Assembly: GCA_934747805.1 (NCBI GenBank)
Contig: CAKVHC010000002.1
Span: forward strand, 80,694 to 144,693
From: an uncultured Clostridia bacterium
GTDB lineage: Bacteria; Bacillota; Clostridia; Christensenellales; UBA1242
Reading direction: 5' to 3'
DNA length: 64,000 bases
In this document: piece by piece, positions 45,149 to 55,082 of the stretch
Position numbering within the stretch: position 1 is the first letter of the stretch
Layout of the letters: each line of letters begins with the position of its first letter
Translations under genes and position numbers: made by a program
Notes under the pieces: generated by a model
Database searches by the model: none
What the model saw: only the letters and a program-made list of their open reading frames with translations
What the model was told of the DNA's origin: nothing

Positions 45149-45895
45149 TTATTTTTCTCCCAAAAATGTTTTAAGTCGGTAACAAAAATTTTGTTTGTTT
45201 TCCAGATAGGCAAAATGTCCGTAATCAACAACATGGCATTCGGCATTTGGAATGTGTTTATGAAAATATGAGCACATATACATAGGTGTTTCTTTATCGA
45301 GTTTGCCCCAATAAATAAGCGTTGGACACGTGACGCATTTTATTAAGTTTTTCAAGTTTAGATTTACAACGTTTTTAAATGTGGTTCGGTCAATGTCTGC
45401 AAGTGCCATGTAGTCGGTCGAGCCAATTGCATTGTTGAAATGTAAGTCACGATTGTCTAGCCATTTTTTCGTCTGATTTAAGTCCCTTATTTTTTTATAT
45501 CTCGGTTTTATGCCAGCCCCAGAACAGATAACCAGTTTTTTTAGTTTAATCCGCTTATTTAAAATTAGTGCCACTCGGCAACCGAAACTGTGGCACACGA
45601 CAATAGGGTCATTTATGTTAAGCAATTGCAAAATGTTGCACACAATGTTTACGTAGTCAAACATGGACAGAGGTTGTAGTGACGAGCATTCTTTGTAAGG
45701 CGGAAAACTAATTTTTAGTGTAGAAAATTTCTTTACAAAAGGGTCGCACACATCGAACGACCTTTTGTTGCCGCCCCAACCATGCAAAAATAACACGCAG
45801 TCATTCCCACGTTTCTCGTAGTCGTAGTCAATTATAAAACTCTTATAAATATATTTCACATATTCATATATGCGTGTGCGTGTGTTTTCGCCCAA
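45149..45895 (-). CDS. Alpha/beta-fold hydrolase
   Basis: VLFLHGWGGNKRSF, nucleophile elbow VCHSFGCRV, C-terminal HVVDYGHFAY. TTG start per track. Its stop abuts the murF ATG. Confidence 0.7.
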   Translation of the reverse strand: MGENTRTRIYEYVKYIYKSFIIDYDYEKRGNDCVLFLHGWGGNKRSFDVCDPFVKKFSTLKISFPPYKECSSLQPLSMFDYVNIVCNILQLLNINDPIVVCHSFGCRVALILNKRIKLKKLVICSGAGIKPRYKKIRDLNQTKKWLDNRDLHFNNAIGSTDYMALADIDRTTFKNVVNLNLKNLIKCVTCPTLIYWGKLDKETPMYMCSYFHKHIPNAECHVVDYGHFAYLENKQNFCYRLKTFLGEK

Positions 45896-46039
45896 TGTTC
45901 ATTGCATTACAACTTTTGCTTCGTCAACACAAAAGAGTTCGGATAAATTTAGTGATTTAAGTAGTGTTCTACGATTTACAACTTATATTTAGCCTCAAAA
46001 GTTTGTATCAGCTAGCGAATACGTGACATATAACCTTAT

Positions 46040-47092
46040 ATGAAAAAAATTGGAATCGTATTTGGCGGCGAGTCGGTTGAACACGACGTATCTGTTATCA
46101 CCGCCTTGCAATGCTATCAAATGATAAAATCTGATTTTATAGTCAAGTTAATCTATCTTACACGAGATAATGAGTTTTATTTCGTGCCTAACAATGTTCG
46201 CCCCAGCGACTTTGTTCGCCTGCCAAAACATGCCAAACGTGTCAAGAACATGCATTTTGGCGTAGACACAATAGTCAACTGCTGTCACGGTGGGATAGGC
46301 GAAGACGGTCAGCTTTCGGCAATGTTCTCCATGTTGAAAATCAACTACACCAACGCCGACTGTATTCCGAGCATGATCGCAATGGATAAGATGCTAACAA
46401 AACTTGCACTAAAGTCCACCAAAATTAAAACCTTGCCAGCTAAGACATTTTTCTCCCTAACTGATAGGAGTGAATTAAAAAAGTTTTCCTATCCGGTGAT
46501 TGTCAAGCCGAGAAGTCTAGGCAGTAGCATAGGTGTTGTTAGGTGTGATAATGAAACTGAACTATTTCAAGCCATAGAATCAGACCTGATGTACGACCGA
46601 GCTTGCATTGTGGAAAGATGCATTGACCCGCTAATCGAGTACAACTGTGCTATCTATAAACGTGGCGACGACTTGATTGTCAGCGAAATAGAGCAACCTA
46701 TCAAGCACGACTTGACCTTAAGTTTTGCAGATAAATATTTATCAAACTCAGAAAAAGGAATGAAAAGTTCCTCTCGCATTTTGCCTGCCGAAATCGACGA
46801 CGCTCTCCGTGAAAAGATTCACATTTGGACGCTCACAGCATACAAAGTTCTTGACCTAAAAGGCGTCGTGAGAGTGGATTATCTCTTTGACCCAACGACA
46901 AAATCTCTTTATCTCAACGAAATCAACACAATTCCTGGCTCTCTTGCATTTTATTTGTTTGAGCCGTTGGGAATCAGCTATGTGGAACTGGTAAAAGACC
47001 TAATCTACGACTGCCAAAATTCGCACATAACGGACAACAAAATTACCAGATTTGACTCGCAAATACTTGATATTGCTTTACATAAAAATTGA
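46040..47092 (+). CDS. ddl: D-alanine--D-alanine ligase
   Basis: KKIGIVFGGESVEHDVSVITA, GGIGEDGQL, ATP-grasp VRVDYLFD...LYLNEINTIPGS; 350 aa. Confidence 0.92.
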   Translation: MKKIGIVFGGESVEHDVSVITALQCYQMIKSDFIVKLIYLTRDNEFYFVPNNVRPSDFVRLPKHAKRVKNMHFGVDTIVNCCHGGIGEDGQLSAMFSMLKINYTNADCIPSMIAMDKMLTKLALKSTKIKTLPAKTFFSLTDRSELKKFSYPVIVKPRSLGSSIGVVRCDNETELFQAIESDLMYDRACIVERCIDPLIEYNCAIYKRGDDLIVSEIEQPIKHDLTLSFADKYLSNSEKGMKSSSRILPAEIDDALREKIHIWTLTAYKVLDLKGVVRVDYLFDPTTKSLYLNEINTIPGSLAFYLFEPLGISYVELVKDLIYDCQNSHITDNKITRFDSQILDIALHKN

Positions 47093-47132
47093 CTTATGCT
47101 AAACTAAAACTGTATTTAGGAGAGTATCGGCA

Positions 47133-47531
47133 ATGACGAATAGCGAACTAATAAATATTGCCAAATCGACTTTACAGTCGGTTTTGGACAACCCCTATGA
47201 CAGCGAATGTCCAACCTTTGTGGCGGCGGCTGTTTTGGGCAAGTCGGGCAGAGTATACACAGGCGTCAATGTCCATTGGTGGCATTCCAGCTGTGCGGAG
47301 CAAGTTGCTATAGGTTCGGCTTTCGCCAATGGCGAGAGAGAGTTTGAACGCATCGTTTCCGTATCTCGTGACGTGGACGGCAAAATTAAAATTGTCACGC
47401 CTTGCGGCATTTGCAGACAGATGTTTTCAATCCACGCACCCAACATTAAGGTGATTATTAAGGACGGCAACAAAACAGTGACCAAGTCGGTTGATGACCT
47501 GTTGCCATATTGTTACAGAGGAGAGTATTAA
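47133..47531 (+). CDS. cdd: Cytidine deaminase (homotetrameric type)
   Basis: Zinc ligand motifs SSCAEQVAIGSA and TPCGICRQM; 132 aa. Its stop overlaps the parE ATG (TAATG). Confidence 0.8.
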   Translation: MTNSELINIAKSTLQSVLDNPYDSECPTFVAAAVLGKSGRVYTGVNVHWWHSSCAEQVAIGSAFANGEREFERIVSVSRDVDGKIKIVTPCGICRQMFSIHAPNIKVIIKDGNKTVTKSVDDLLPYCYRGEY

Positions 47532-49477
47532 TGGCATACGGAGCAAAAGACCTAGTCGTATTGGAAGGATTGGATGCAGTGAGAATGCGTCCTGGCATGT
47601 ATATTGGCAGCACAGGCAATCGTGGAATGCACCACATTTTGTGGGAGATTATTGACAACTCAATCGACGAGCTTGCCAACGGCTATGGCAACAAAATTAC
47701 AGTGAAATTGCACAAAGACGGCTCAGCAACGGTCAGCGACAATGGTCGTGGCGTGCCGGTTGACCCACATCCAAAGTTGAAAATCTCAGGCGTCGAAGTT
47801 GTATACACCCAACTCCACGCTGGCGGCAAATTTGGCGACGGCAACTATCAATATTCGGGCGGTTTGCACGGCGTAGGTGCATCTGTCACCAATGCTCTCA
47901 GTCGTTATTTGGAAGTGACTGTCTGCCGTGAAGGGAAGAAATATTATGCAAGGTTTGAAAGCATTGAGAAGGGTGGCAAGATTCACAGCGGACAAACAGT
48001 GCAAAAACTTATTTGCGTTGGCGACACTAAGGAAACAGGCACAACAGTTCACTTTTTGCCTGATGACCGTGTGTTCGGCGACAACACATTTGACCTAGAA
48101 CTTATAACCAAAAAACTGCGTGAAGATGCTTACTTAAACCGTGGAATTATTGTAGATTTGGTGGACGAACGTACAAATGTTAAACAACAATTCTGTTACG
48201 AAGGTGGCATAAAAGATTATGTCAGCTATCTAAACGAAGGCAAAAATACACAATACTTCCCTCCAATTTTCATCGAAGGCGAGAGCGATGGCGTGTATGT
48301 GCAACTATCTATGCAACACACGGACGGCTTTAGCGAGAACATCTTTAGCTTCGTTAACAATATCCCAACACCAGAAGGCGGATGGCACGAAGTGGGCTTT
48401 AAAACTGCCCTCACCAAAGTGCTTAACGACAACGCTCGTAAGCAAGGTTTCCTGAAGGAAAAAGATGAAAACCTGCTCGGTGAAGACTATCGAGAGGGCA
48501 TCACGGCCGTGCTTAGCATTAAAATGAAAAATGTTCAGTTTGAAGGACAGACCAAGACAAAACTCGGCAATGTAGACGTCAAACCAAAAGTTGAAGCCGT
48601 TTGCTCGCAGAAACTTGACGAATTTTTCAATAGCATTAAGAATTTACCTATATTGCAAGCCATATGCGACAAGGCAAAAGGTGCACAAAAGGCACGTATG
48701 GCGAGCCGACGTGCGAAAGATTTGGCTCGTGCAAAGAATAGTATTGAGGGCTCCAATCTTGTGGGCAAGTTTGCCAATTGCAGCGGCAGGGATTACAAGC
48801 GAAACGAACTTTTCATTGTGGAAGGTAAGTCGGCAGGCGGTTCGGCGAAAGGCGGCCGTGATCGTATGTTCCAAGCCATTTTGGCATTGCGTGGCAAGCC
48901 TATAAATGCTGAGAAAAAACGTATCGATCAAGTATTACAGAACGAAGAAATCCGCACCATTATAGGTGCACTCGGCACAGGCATCGGAGACAATTTTAAA
49001 ATTGACAATTTGAAGTTCGACAAAGTAATCATTCTGAGTGATGCCGACGAAGACGGTGCACATATTAGATCGATTTTGATTACATTCTTCTTTAGATATA
49101 TGAAAGAGCTCATCACGGAAGGGCATGTCTATTGTGGAATGCCACCTTTGTACAAGGTGTCTTACAAGGACAAGCATGAGTACGTGTACAGTGACCGTGA
49201 ATTGCCAGAAGCAATTGAGCGTGCGGGCAAAGTCTACGAGTTGCAACGCTATAAAGGTCTAGGCGAGATGAATGCTGACCAATTGCGAGAGACCACCATG
49301 AATCCCGCTCGTCGCAATCTGATGAAAATCACTATTGACGACGCAGTCGAGGCCGACAAAGCAATTACAACATGGATGGGCGATGAAGTGGAAGCTCGCA
49401 AGGACTATATTACGAGAAATGCCAACTTTAATAAAGTGGACGAACTATTAACAAAGAACAACGACAATAACGATTAG
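47531..49477 (+). CDS. parE: Type IIA topoisomerase B subunit, probably topoisomerase IV ParE
   Basis: [21 protein letters not shown] ATPase motifs, Toprim [15 protein letters not shown] and DADEDGAHI. ParE rather than GyrB is inferred from the partner gene. Start moved to 47531. Confidence 0.75.
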   Translation: MAYGAKDLVVLEGLDAVRMRPGMYIGSTGNRGMHHILWEIIDNSIDELANGYGNKITVKLHKDGSATVSDNGRGVPVDPHPKLKISGVEVVYTQLHAGGKFGDGNYQYSGGLHGVGASVTNALSRYLEVTVCREGKKYYARFESIEKGGKIHSGQTVQKLICVGDTKETGTTVHFLPDDRVFGDNTFDLELITKKLREDAYLNRGIIVDLVDERTNVKQQFCYEGGIKDYVSYLNEGKNTQYFPPIFIEGESDGVYVQLSMQHTDGFSENIFSFVNNIPTPEGGWHEVGFKTALTKVLNDNARKQGFLKEKDENLLGEDYREGITAVLSIKMKNVQFEGQTKTKLGNVDVKPKVEAVCSQKLDEFFNSIKNLPILQAICDKAKGAQKARMASRRAKDLARAKNSIEGSNLVGKFANCSGRDYKRNELFIVEGKSAGGSAKGGRDRMFQAILALRGKPINAEKKRIDQVLQNEEIRTIIGALGTGIGDNFKIDNLKFDKVIILSDADEDGAHIRSILITFFFRYMKELITEGHVYCGMPPLYKVSYKDKHEYVYSDRELPEAIERAGKVYELQRYKGLGEMNADQLRETTMNPARRNLMKITIDDAVEADKAITTWMGDEVEARKDYITRNANFNKVDELLTKNNDNND

Positions 49478-49485
49478 GAAGATTT

Positions 49486-51987
49486 ATGGCAAGAGATGAC
49501 GAAAAGCAAGTAAATATGTTTGACAAAAACGAGAAACATAAGCCAAAAAAGGCTAAGAATATGGACGAAACACCAGCTGATGAAACTGGACTTGTTTTCA
49601 CACGCACAGTTGAAGATGTGATGAATTCAAGTATGCTACCTTATTCCGAATGTGTCATTTTGGATCGTGCCTTGCCAAGAGTGGAAGACGGCTTGAAACC
49701 AGTGCAAAGGCGTATCCTATATGCAATGCTTGAAGCAGGTCTGACTCCGGATAAACCATACAAAAAATGTGCCGCAACGGTCGGCGACGTGTTGGGTAAA
49801 TATCACCCACATGGTGACACGTCAGTTTATGACGCAATGGTGCGTATGGCACAGGATTTTACCATAAACACGCCGCTTATTGACGGTCACGGCAACTTTG
49901 GTTCGGTCGACGGCGACCCAGCCGCTGCCTATCGTTATACCGAAGCCCGACTCAGCAAACTTGCAGTTGAACTTATGCAAGACATTGACAAAGACACTGT
50001 CAATTTCAGCCTAAGTTTCGATGACAAACGCAAAGAGCCAGACTATTTGCCGGGACGTTTTCCAAACTTGCTTGTCAACGGTGCCAGTGGTATTGCCGTT
50101 GGTCTTGCCACAAATATTCCGCCACACAATTTGGGCGAAGTGATTGACGCCACTGTGGCATATATTGACGACGAGAATATTGATTTAGGCGGATTGCTCA
50201 AACATATCAAGGGGCCAGATTTTCCAACAGGCGCAATGGTGCTTAAGAACCAAAATATGATAGATGCTTACGCCACCGGTCGTGGCAAGGTGCAAGTGCG
50301 TGCGGTTTGGAATTTGGAAGAACTGCCAAATGGCAAGACTAATATCGTCATCACCGAATTGCCTTATCAGGTTAACAAGGCAGAATTTTTGACTCATATT
50401 GTCGATGTCAAAGATAAATACAAGGGCTGTTTGAATGCAATATCCGAAATTCAAGACGAATCGGATATGAACGGCATGCGTGCGGTCATCACTGTTCGCA
50501 AGGACGGTGACGTTCAGGGCATAATCAGCGAACTGTTGAAACGTACCGAAATGCAGGCCAGTTTCAGCTATAATGTGGTGGCAATTGCAGACGGCAAACC
50601 TAAACTTTTGCCATTGTTAGATATAATTAGATATTATGTCAATTTCCAAGTTGACGTAATCGTGCGTCGTACCAAGTTCAATTTGGAAAAGGCGGAAGCA
50701 CGTGCACACATTCTAGAAGGACTTTTAATTGCGATTCAGAACATTGATGAAGTAATCCGAATCATCAAGGGAAGCAAAAGTGTTCAAGATGCAAAAGCTG
50801 AACTAATGTCACGCTTTGGTCTCACCGAAGTGCAAGCTGTTGCCATTTTGGATATGAAATTGTCAAGGCTCACCAACCTTGAAACATATAAGATTGAAGA
50901 AGAACTGGCAGATTTGAATAAGAAAATCAAGAAATACAAACATATTTTGTCTGCTAGGAAATATCAACTTGAAGTGGTTAGGGCGGAACTATTGTCAATC
51001 AAAGAACGCTATCCATTGCCTCGTAAAACGCAAGTGGTACGCAGCTTTGACGAATATGTCGCCACTCCTATTGAAAAGGCCATTGAGAACGAAGAGTGCG
51101 TTTTGTATGTAACGACCGACGGCCTAAGAGTGAAGAATGTTCCGTTCAAGTCAATCAAGGACGGAGATAACAGTTTCAGTGCGACCAAGAATGTCAATTT
51201 GTTGTTTAGAGATAGTGCACATGCATACTCCAACGACACCATTTTGGCGTTTACTAATCTTGGCAATGTGTACAAGTTTACAGCACGTTTCATCGAACAG
51301 TGCAAACTCAATGGCAAAGGCACTCAGTTGTCACAGATTTGTAAGTGCGAGGCACATGAACAGATTGTTAATATATTTAACATGGCGGAAACGAATGTTG
51401 CCAATGACTTATTCTTCTTCACTCGTGATGGCTATATCCGTAAATGCCCAGTAAGTGAATTTGACATTGCCAAGTCTAGTGCAAGTGCTATCAAATTGAA
51501 ACTTGGCGACGAAGTGATTCGTGTGCAGGACAATCTATATATGCCAAGTGCGGTTTGCGTAACCAAGAATGGCATGGTGCTAAATTGCGAACTCGGTTCA
51601 GTGCCTAGCCAGAAACGTGGTGCGTCAGGAGTGATTGGCATTCAACTATCGCAAGGCGACGAAGTGGTGTTTGCAGGACAAGTGATGTCGAGTGATAAAC
51701 TTATTGTGATGACAGACAACAACCATATCAAGCGAGTAAACATGGCAGAGATTCCAATGAGTGCACGCAATCGAAAAGGTCTGCAGATATGTGTTGCCAA
51801 AGAAAAAGTAGACTTTGCCATTGCACCAGTTGTCAGTGGCGAGTTTGTGGCAGTATTCAAGTCTGGCACAGTTGATGTGCTTGACGTAAGCAAAATAGAC
51901 GTTTTGCCACGCAACAAAACTGGCAAGCCAATGCAAAATGTGAAAAATGATGATAAATTGTTGTTGGCAACCATATATAATATTTAG
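49486..51987 (+). CDS. parC: Type IIA topoisomerase A subunit, probably topoisomerase IV ParC
   Basis: [22 protein letters not shown] (Gln as in ParC; GyrA has His as I recall), catalytic [11 protein letters not shown]. No QRRGGKG GyrA-box at the start of the C-terminal domain. Basic N-terminal extension of about 30 aa. Confidence 0.7.
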   Translation: MARDDEKQVNMFDKNEKHKPKKAKNMDETPADETGLVFTRTVEDVMNSSMLPYSECVILDRALPRVEDGLKPVQRRILYAMLEAGLTPDKPYKKCAATVGDVLGKYHPHGDTSVYDAMVRMAQDFTINTPLIDGHGNFGSVDGDPAAAYRYTEARLSKLAVELMQDIDKDTVNFSLSFDDKRKEPDYLPGRFPNLLVNGASGIAVGLATNIPPHNLGEVIDATVAYIDDENIDLGGLLKHIKGPDFPTGAMVLKNQNMIDAYATGRGKVQVRAVWNLEELPNGKTNIVITELPYQVNKAEFLTHIVDVKDKYKGCLNAISEIQDESDMNGMRAVITVRKDGDVQGIISELLKRTEMQASFSYNVVAIADGKPKLLPLLDIIRYYVNFQVDVIVRRTKFNLEKAEARAHILEGLLIAIQNIDEVIRIIKGSKSVQDAKAELMSRFGLTEVQAVAILDMKLSRLTNLETYKIEEELADLNKKIKKYKHILSARKYQLEVVRAELLSIKERYPLPRKTQVVRSFDEYVATPIEKAIENEECVLYVTTDGLRVKNVPFKSIKDGDNSFSATKNVNLLFRDSAHAYSNDTILAFTNLGNVYKFTARFIEQCKLNGKGTQLSQICKCEAHEQIVNIFNMAETNVANDLFFFTRDGYIRKCPVSEFDIAKSSASAIKLKLGDEVIRVQDNLYMPSAVCVTKNGMVLNCELGSVPSQKRGASGVIGIQLSQGDEVVFAGQVMSSDKLIVMTDNNHIKRVNMAEIPMSARNRKGLQICVAKEKVDFAIAPVVSGEFVAVFKSGTVDVLDVSKIDVLPRNKTGKPMQNVKNDDKLLLATIYNI

Positions 51988-51994
51988 GTGATTT

Positions 51995-53077
51995 ATGCAA
52001 TACATAATTAGATTTATTAAGGGAATACTGATTGGCTGTGTCAACATTATTCCAGGTGTCAGCGCAGGCACAATCGCAGTCGTGACCAACGTTTACGATG
52101 AGATTATCACTGCAATGAGCCTTGATTTCAAGTTTATCAAGAAAAACTTTTGGAAGTTGTTGGCACTTGGACTTGGCGTTATAGTCGGCATATTACTCTT
52201 CAGTAAAGCGATTGAATTTTTGTTCGACCATTGTTTCCGCAGCACCATGAATTTCTTTGGCGGATTGGTTATCGGCTCTATACCTTTGCTGATTAAGAAT
52301 GCCACCAAAATGCCCGAAGATAGCAAAAAATGGGTGAAATGGGTTGTCTTCGCTGTATGTTTTGTCGGCGTTCTGTGTTATTCTTTCTTTTGCAAAAAGG
52401 CAGCGGATGCTGAAATCATTACATCAATAGATGTCAAATCGTTTTTCAAAATAGCAGGGCTTCTCGCCATTGCCAGCATTGCCATGATTTTGCCTGGACT
52501 CAGCGGCTCGCTTATGATGATGTTCTTCGGCATTTATGACACGGTGATTGCTGCCATTGCACACTTCAATTTTGCCGTTTTGTCAACTGTTGCTGTTGGC
52601 GTAATCATTGGCGTTGTGGTTGGCTCAATTGCTCTAAAATATTTGCTCAAACATTTCGGCAAGACGACCAACTTTGGCATTATTGCACTCGTCTTGTCGT
52701 CTTTAATTGGCGTGTATGTGGTCTACGTCATTCCAAAAATGGCTTTCGACTGGGTTCTTATTGCCGATATCTGTGCTTTGGCAGCAGGTCTTTTGGGCGG
52801 ATATGGTTTGTGTTATGTTAGCCAAAAGAAATCTAAATATGAAGCACAAGAGAGTGATAACCTTGTGGGATTCAAAGAATATGTGGCTGATGAAAAATCT
52901 GCATCATCTAGCTCACAAAGTGAAACCAAACCTACTGTTGAGGATAAAAATGAACAAGTCAAGGCAAGTGACAACGCAAATGCCACACCGCCTTTGTCGA
53001 CAGACAATAGAAACGATGTCGAATCAACGGAAACAGAGAAAAACTTATCTAATGAAGAGCAAAAAACTGACAAATAG
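51995..53077 (+). CDS. DUF368-family membrane protein (family reported as polyprenyl-phosphate transporter PopT) with an acidic/Ser-rich tail of about 85 aa
   Basis: IKGILIGCVNIIPGVSAGTIAV and a second LPGLSGSLMMMFFG half-repeat. C-terminus SSSSQSETKPTVEDKNEQ... is low complexity. Confidence 0.75.
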   Translation: MQYIIRFIKGILIGCVNIIPGVSAGTIAVVTNVYDEIITAMSLDFKFIKKNFWKLLALGLGVIVGILLFSKAIEFLFDHCFRSTMNFFGGLVIGSIPLLIKNATKMPEDSKKWVKWVVFAVCFVGVLCYSFFCKKAADAEIITSIDVKSFFKIAGLLAIASIAMILPGLSGSLMMMFFGIYDTVIAAIAHFNFAVLSTVAVGVIIGVVVGSIALKYLLKHFGKTTNFGIIALVLSSLIGVYVVYVIPKMAFDWVLIADICALAAGLLGGYGLCYVSQKKSKYEAQESDNLVGFKEYVADEKSASSSSQSETKPTVEDKNEQVKASDNANATPPLSTDNRNDVESTETEKNLSNEEQKTDK

Positions 53078-53110
53078 TCAGTTTTTTTGTGTAAATTTGA
53101 TTTTATTTTA

Positions 53111-53139
53111 TTGACAGCATAAATTCGTTGTGCTAGAAT
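53111..53139 (+). promoter_or_regulatory. Dedicated promoter of tRNA-Leu
   Basis: TTGACA (53111-53116), 17 nt, TAGAAT (53134-53139). The tRNA 5' end lies 11 nt downstream. Confidence 0.75.
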
Positions 53140-53149
53140 ACAAGCACAT

Positions 53150-53232
53150 GGGGGAGTGGCGGAATTGGCATACGCGCACGTTTGAGGGGCGTGTGGGCAA
53201 CCTTGTGAGTTCAAATCTCATCTTCCCCACCA
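53150..53232 (+). tRNA. tRNA-Leu (anticodon GAG), type II with long variable arm, encoded CCA
   Basis: Acceptor gggggag/cttcccc (one G:U). D-arm gcg-gaattggcata-cgc. Anticodon stem cacgt/gcgtg with loop ttGAGgg. Variable arm tgggcaaccttg. T-arm gtgag-ttcaaat-ctcat. Discriminator A plus CCA. Confidence 0.9.
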
Positions 53233-53239
53233 TATATTA

Positions 53240-53265
53240 AACCTAGTTTCTAGGTTTTTATTTTT
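53240..53265 (+). terminator. Intrinsic terminator after tRNA-Leu
   Basis: aacctag-ttt-ctaggtt followed by a TTTTATTTTT run. Confidence 0.8.
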
Positions 53266-53286
53266 CTAGTAGTGGGAGATAGGGGA

Positions 53287-53457
53287 ATGTTGATAGAAGA
53301 GAAATTAAAAGAAAATAAGCAGCGTGAAATGTTTTACGAACTGCTTGATGAGTGTTTTGATATGTCCTACAGATATCGCCGTGTGAATGCGAACAATGAC
53401 TGTGACAAAAACAAACAACCAAAACATGATGAAAAAGAAACCATAATTGAGAAATAA
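53287..53457 (+). CDS. Small hypothetical protein (56 aa)
   Basis: ATG at 53287 with GGGAGA about 6 nt upstream. Bracketed by two terminators. No family recognised (MLIEEKLKENKQREMFYELLDECFDMSYRYRRV...). Confidence 0.4.
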   Translation: MLIEEKLKENKQREMFYELLDECFDMSYRYRRVNANNDCDKNKQPKHDEKETIIEK

Positions 53458-53483
53458 AAAATACCCAATCGGGTATTTTTTTG
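53456..53483. terminator. Bidirectional intrinsic terminator
   Basis: A-run, ataccc-aatc-gggtat, T7. Confidence 0.85.
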
Positions 53484-54755
53484 TTAAATTTTGCGTTCGC
53501 CAGTGACGCCTTCTTTAAATCCGCAAGGTTTGGAACACTTATAGTCAGGGAAAGTGCAGCGAGAGCCGTGGGTGTATTTTTCTAGCATTTCGGCTTGTGG
53601 GTGACCTTTGCGTTTTAGCTCAGTCACATATTTGTTGAGTGTGTCATTAGTTTGGTTATCAATTTCCAGTTGAGCAGCAGCACATTTACGTTCTTTCATC
53701 TTCAAAATGAATTTGTCTAAACTGCCGTATTCGTTGATGTTTACGAGCAGACCTTGTGGGAATACGCTTGCTTGACTTTCGCAGTCGTTCTTCCATTCAC
53801 GAGTGAGTTCGTCACTCATACGAATAATCTTTGGCACATAAAACTCAGGTGTGTCGAGCAATGTCATATCGTAACCGAGTGTGCGGTGGCGCTGTGCTTC
53901 TGCCATTTGGGCAAGTGAGCCCTTGTAACTGGTGCAATACACATCACCAAAATAGGTTTCTGGTGCGATAGAGCGCTTGATGAGTGACAAGTGTGAGTTC
54001 TTGGCATTGACACCTTCGGCAAGGTCTTTGTCATAATACACACGATTGACATTGCCGTCCTTGATGTAGTCAAACAAAATGCGTCTGTGCACTGGGTCGT
54101 CGTCTTGACTGAGTTTTTGCTCCCAAACTTCCGTTTTGAGTCCGTTTTGAATGCTGGTGACGAAATCACTCATTGCTGGCACTAGCGCCTTGTAGAAGTC
54201 GTTGGACGGATTATCAATTTCACGTTGCATCATAGCACACAAATAATTGAGTTGACGGAGTGACACAGTGTAGACCATTGTAGTAGGGGTGAACACCGAA
54301 ATTAGATAACGTGCATTTTCTAGCGCCAATTTTTCAATCTTTTTATCGGTAAAGTAGTTTGGATATTTGGCTTGATATTCGTCACGAATAAGATTTTTAT
54401 ATGTGTCGAGCCATTTGTCGAACAACTTTTGTTCACCTTCTTTCAACACCATTTTGGTGTAGCGAGCAGATTTTTCGCTGGTGTTGTAGAATTGCTCATT
54501 GTTGAGCACCATTGCCAAGCCCTTTGGAATGTTCTCCAGTGACAAGTTGATGAATGCGTGGTCAAACACGCTGTGGTGACCGCTGGCTTTCGTTCCATTG
54601 GCACGGCGCATCGTTTTTTCTGCTGGTTCAGTCATAAGAGCGCCAAAAGTGTCTGTCATGTAGCACACGCCAGCAGCGTGACCGCTGAGCTTAGTCAAGT
54701 CCTCCATTGACGCAGCCATATTAGGCATGGTAGTCCCAATAATAGATATTTTCAT
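53484..54755 (-). CDS. Tandem-duplicated ThyX (Thy1)-fold protein, N-terminal half lacking the RHR motif
   Basis: aa ~55-110: SGHHSVFDHAFINLSLENIPKGLAMVLNNEQFYNTSEKSARY (cf. ThyX GHETPFEH..F.F.....SR....Q..RHR..S....S.RY). aa ~270-390: second copy with AQRHRTLGYDM...FYVPKI...RKCAAAQLEIDNQT (cf. R....AQWEIR). Cys-rich C-terminus. SD GGGAGGGG. Confidence 0.5.
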   Translation of the reverse strand: MKISIIGTTMPNMAASMEDLTKLSGHAAGVCYMTDTFGALMTEPAEKTMRRANGTKASGHHSVFDHAFINLSLENIPKGLAMVLNNEQFYNTSEKSARYTKMVLKEGEQKLFDKWLDTYKNLIRDEYQAKYPNYFTDKKIEKLALENARYLISVFTPTTMVYTVSLRQLNYLCAMMQREIDNPSNDFYKALVPAMSDFVTSIQNGLKTEVWEQKLSQDDDPVHRRILFDYIKDGNVNRVYYDKDLAEGVNAKNSHLSLIKRSIAPETYFGDVYCTSYKGSLAQMAEAQRHRTLGYDMTLLDTPEFYVPKIIRMSDELTREWKNDCESQASVFPQGLLVNINEYGSLDKFILKMKERKCAAAQLEIDNQTNDTLNKYVTELKRKGHPQAEMLEKYTHGSRCTFPDYKCSKPCGFKEGVTGERKI

Positions 54756-54779
54756 TTTCCCCTCCCAAATTTTGCATTG

Positions 54780-54808
54780 AATATATCACTTGAGAACAGG
54801 TTTGTCAA
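54780..54808 (-). promoter_or_regulatory. Promoter of the ThyX-like gene
   Basis: Minus strand: TTGACA (54808-54803), 17 nt, TATATT (54785-54780). Confidence 0.6.
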
Positions 54809-54854
54809 CTTAATTAAAGTCATATTTGCGACAAAAAAATAATACATAATTAAT

Positions 54855-55082
54855 ATGAAAACAAGATTGGACAAGGCATATTTGGGCAAGTCGTATACAA
54901 TCGTAGATTTAGAACTGGATGATCCCAAGATGACCACAAGGCTCAAAGAATTGGGCTTTATTTCGGGCAGTGAAATCATGGTAAAAGCCATCTCTCCGCA
55001 CCATAAAACGATTATAGTGGCCTTGCTCGGCAGTATGTTCGCAATGAAGACGAATATAGCAAAAAAAGTGGTGATAGAATGA
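54855..55082 (+). CDS. feoA: Ferrous iron transport protein A
   Basis: 75 aa SH3-like FeoA: LGKSYTIVDLELDDPKMTTRLKELGFISGSEIMV. Confidence 0.88.
   Translation: MKTRLDKAYLGKSYTIVDLELDDPKMTTRLKELGFISGSEIMVKAISPHHKTIIVALLGSMFAMKTNIAKKVVIE

Noticed and set aside
47531-51987. Calling the topoisomerase pair gyrB-gyrA.
   Set aside because: The A subunit has KPVQRR (ParC-type Gln) and no GyrA-box at the start of its C-terminal domain. The locus also lacks the dnaA-dnaN-recF context. The gyrase alternative cannot be fully excluded without phylogeny.
53078-54755. Integrated element at tRNA-Leu (island with att duplication).
   Set aside because: There is no integrase or recombinase, and I could not see a direct repeat of the tRNA 3' end downstream. 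Only the slightly accessory gene content is suggestive.
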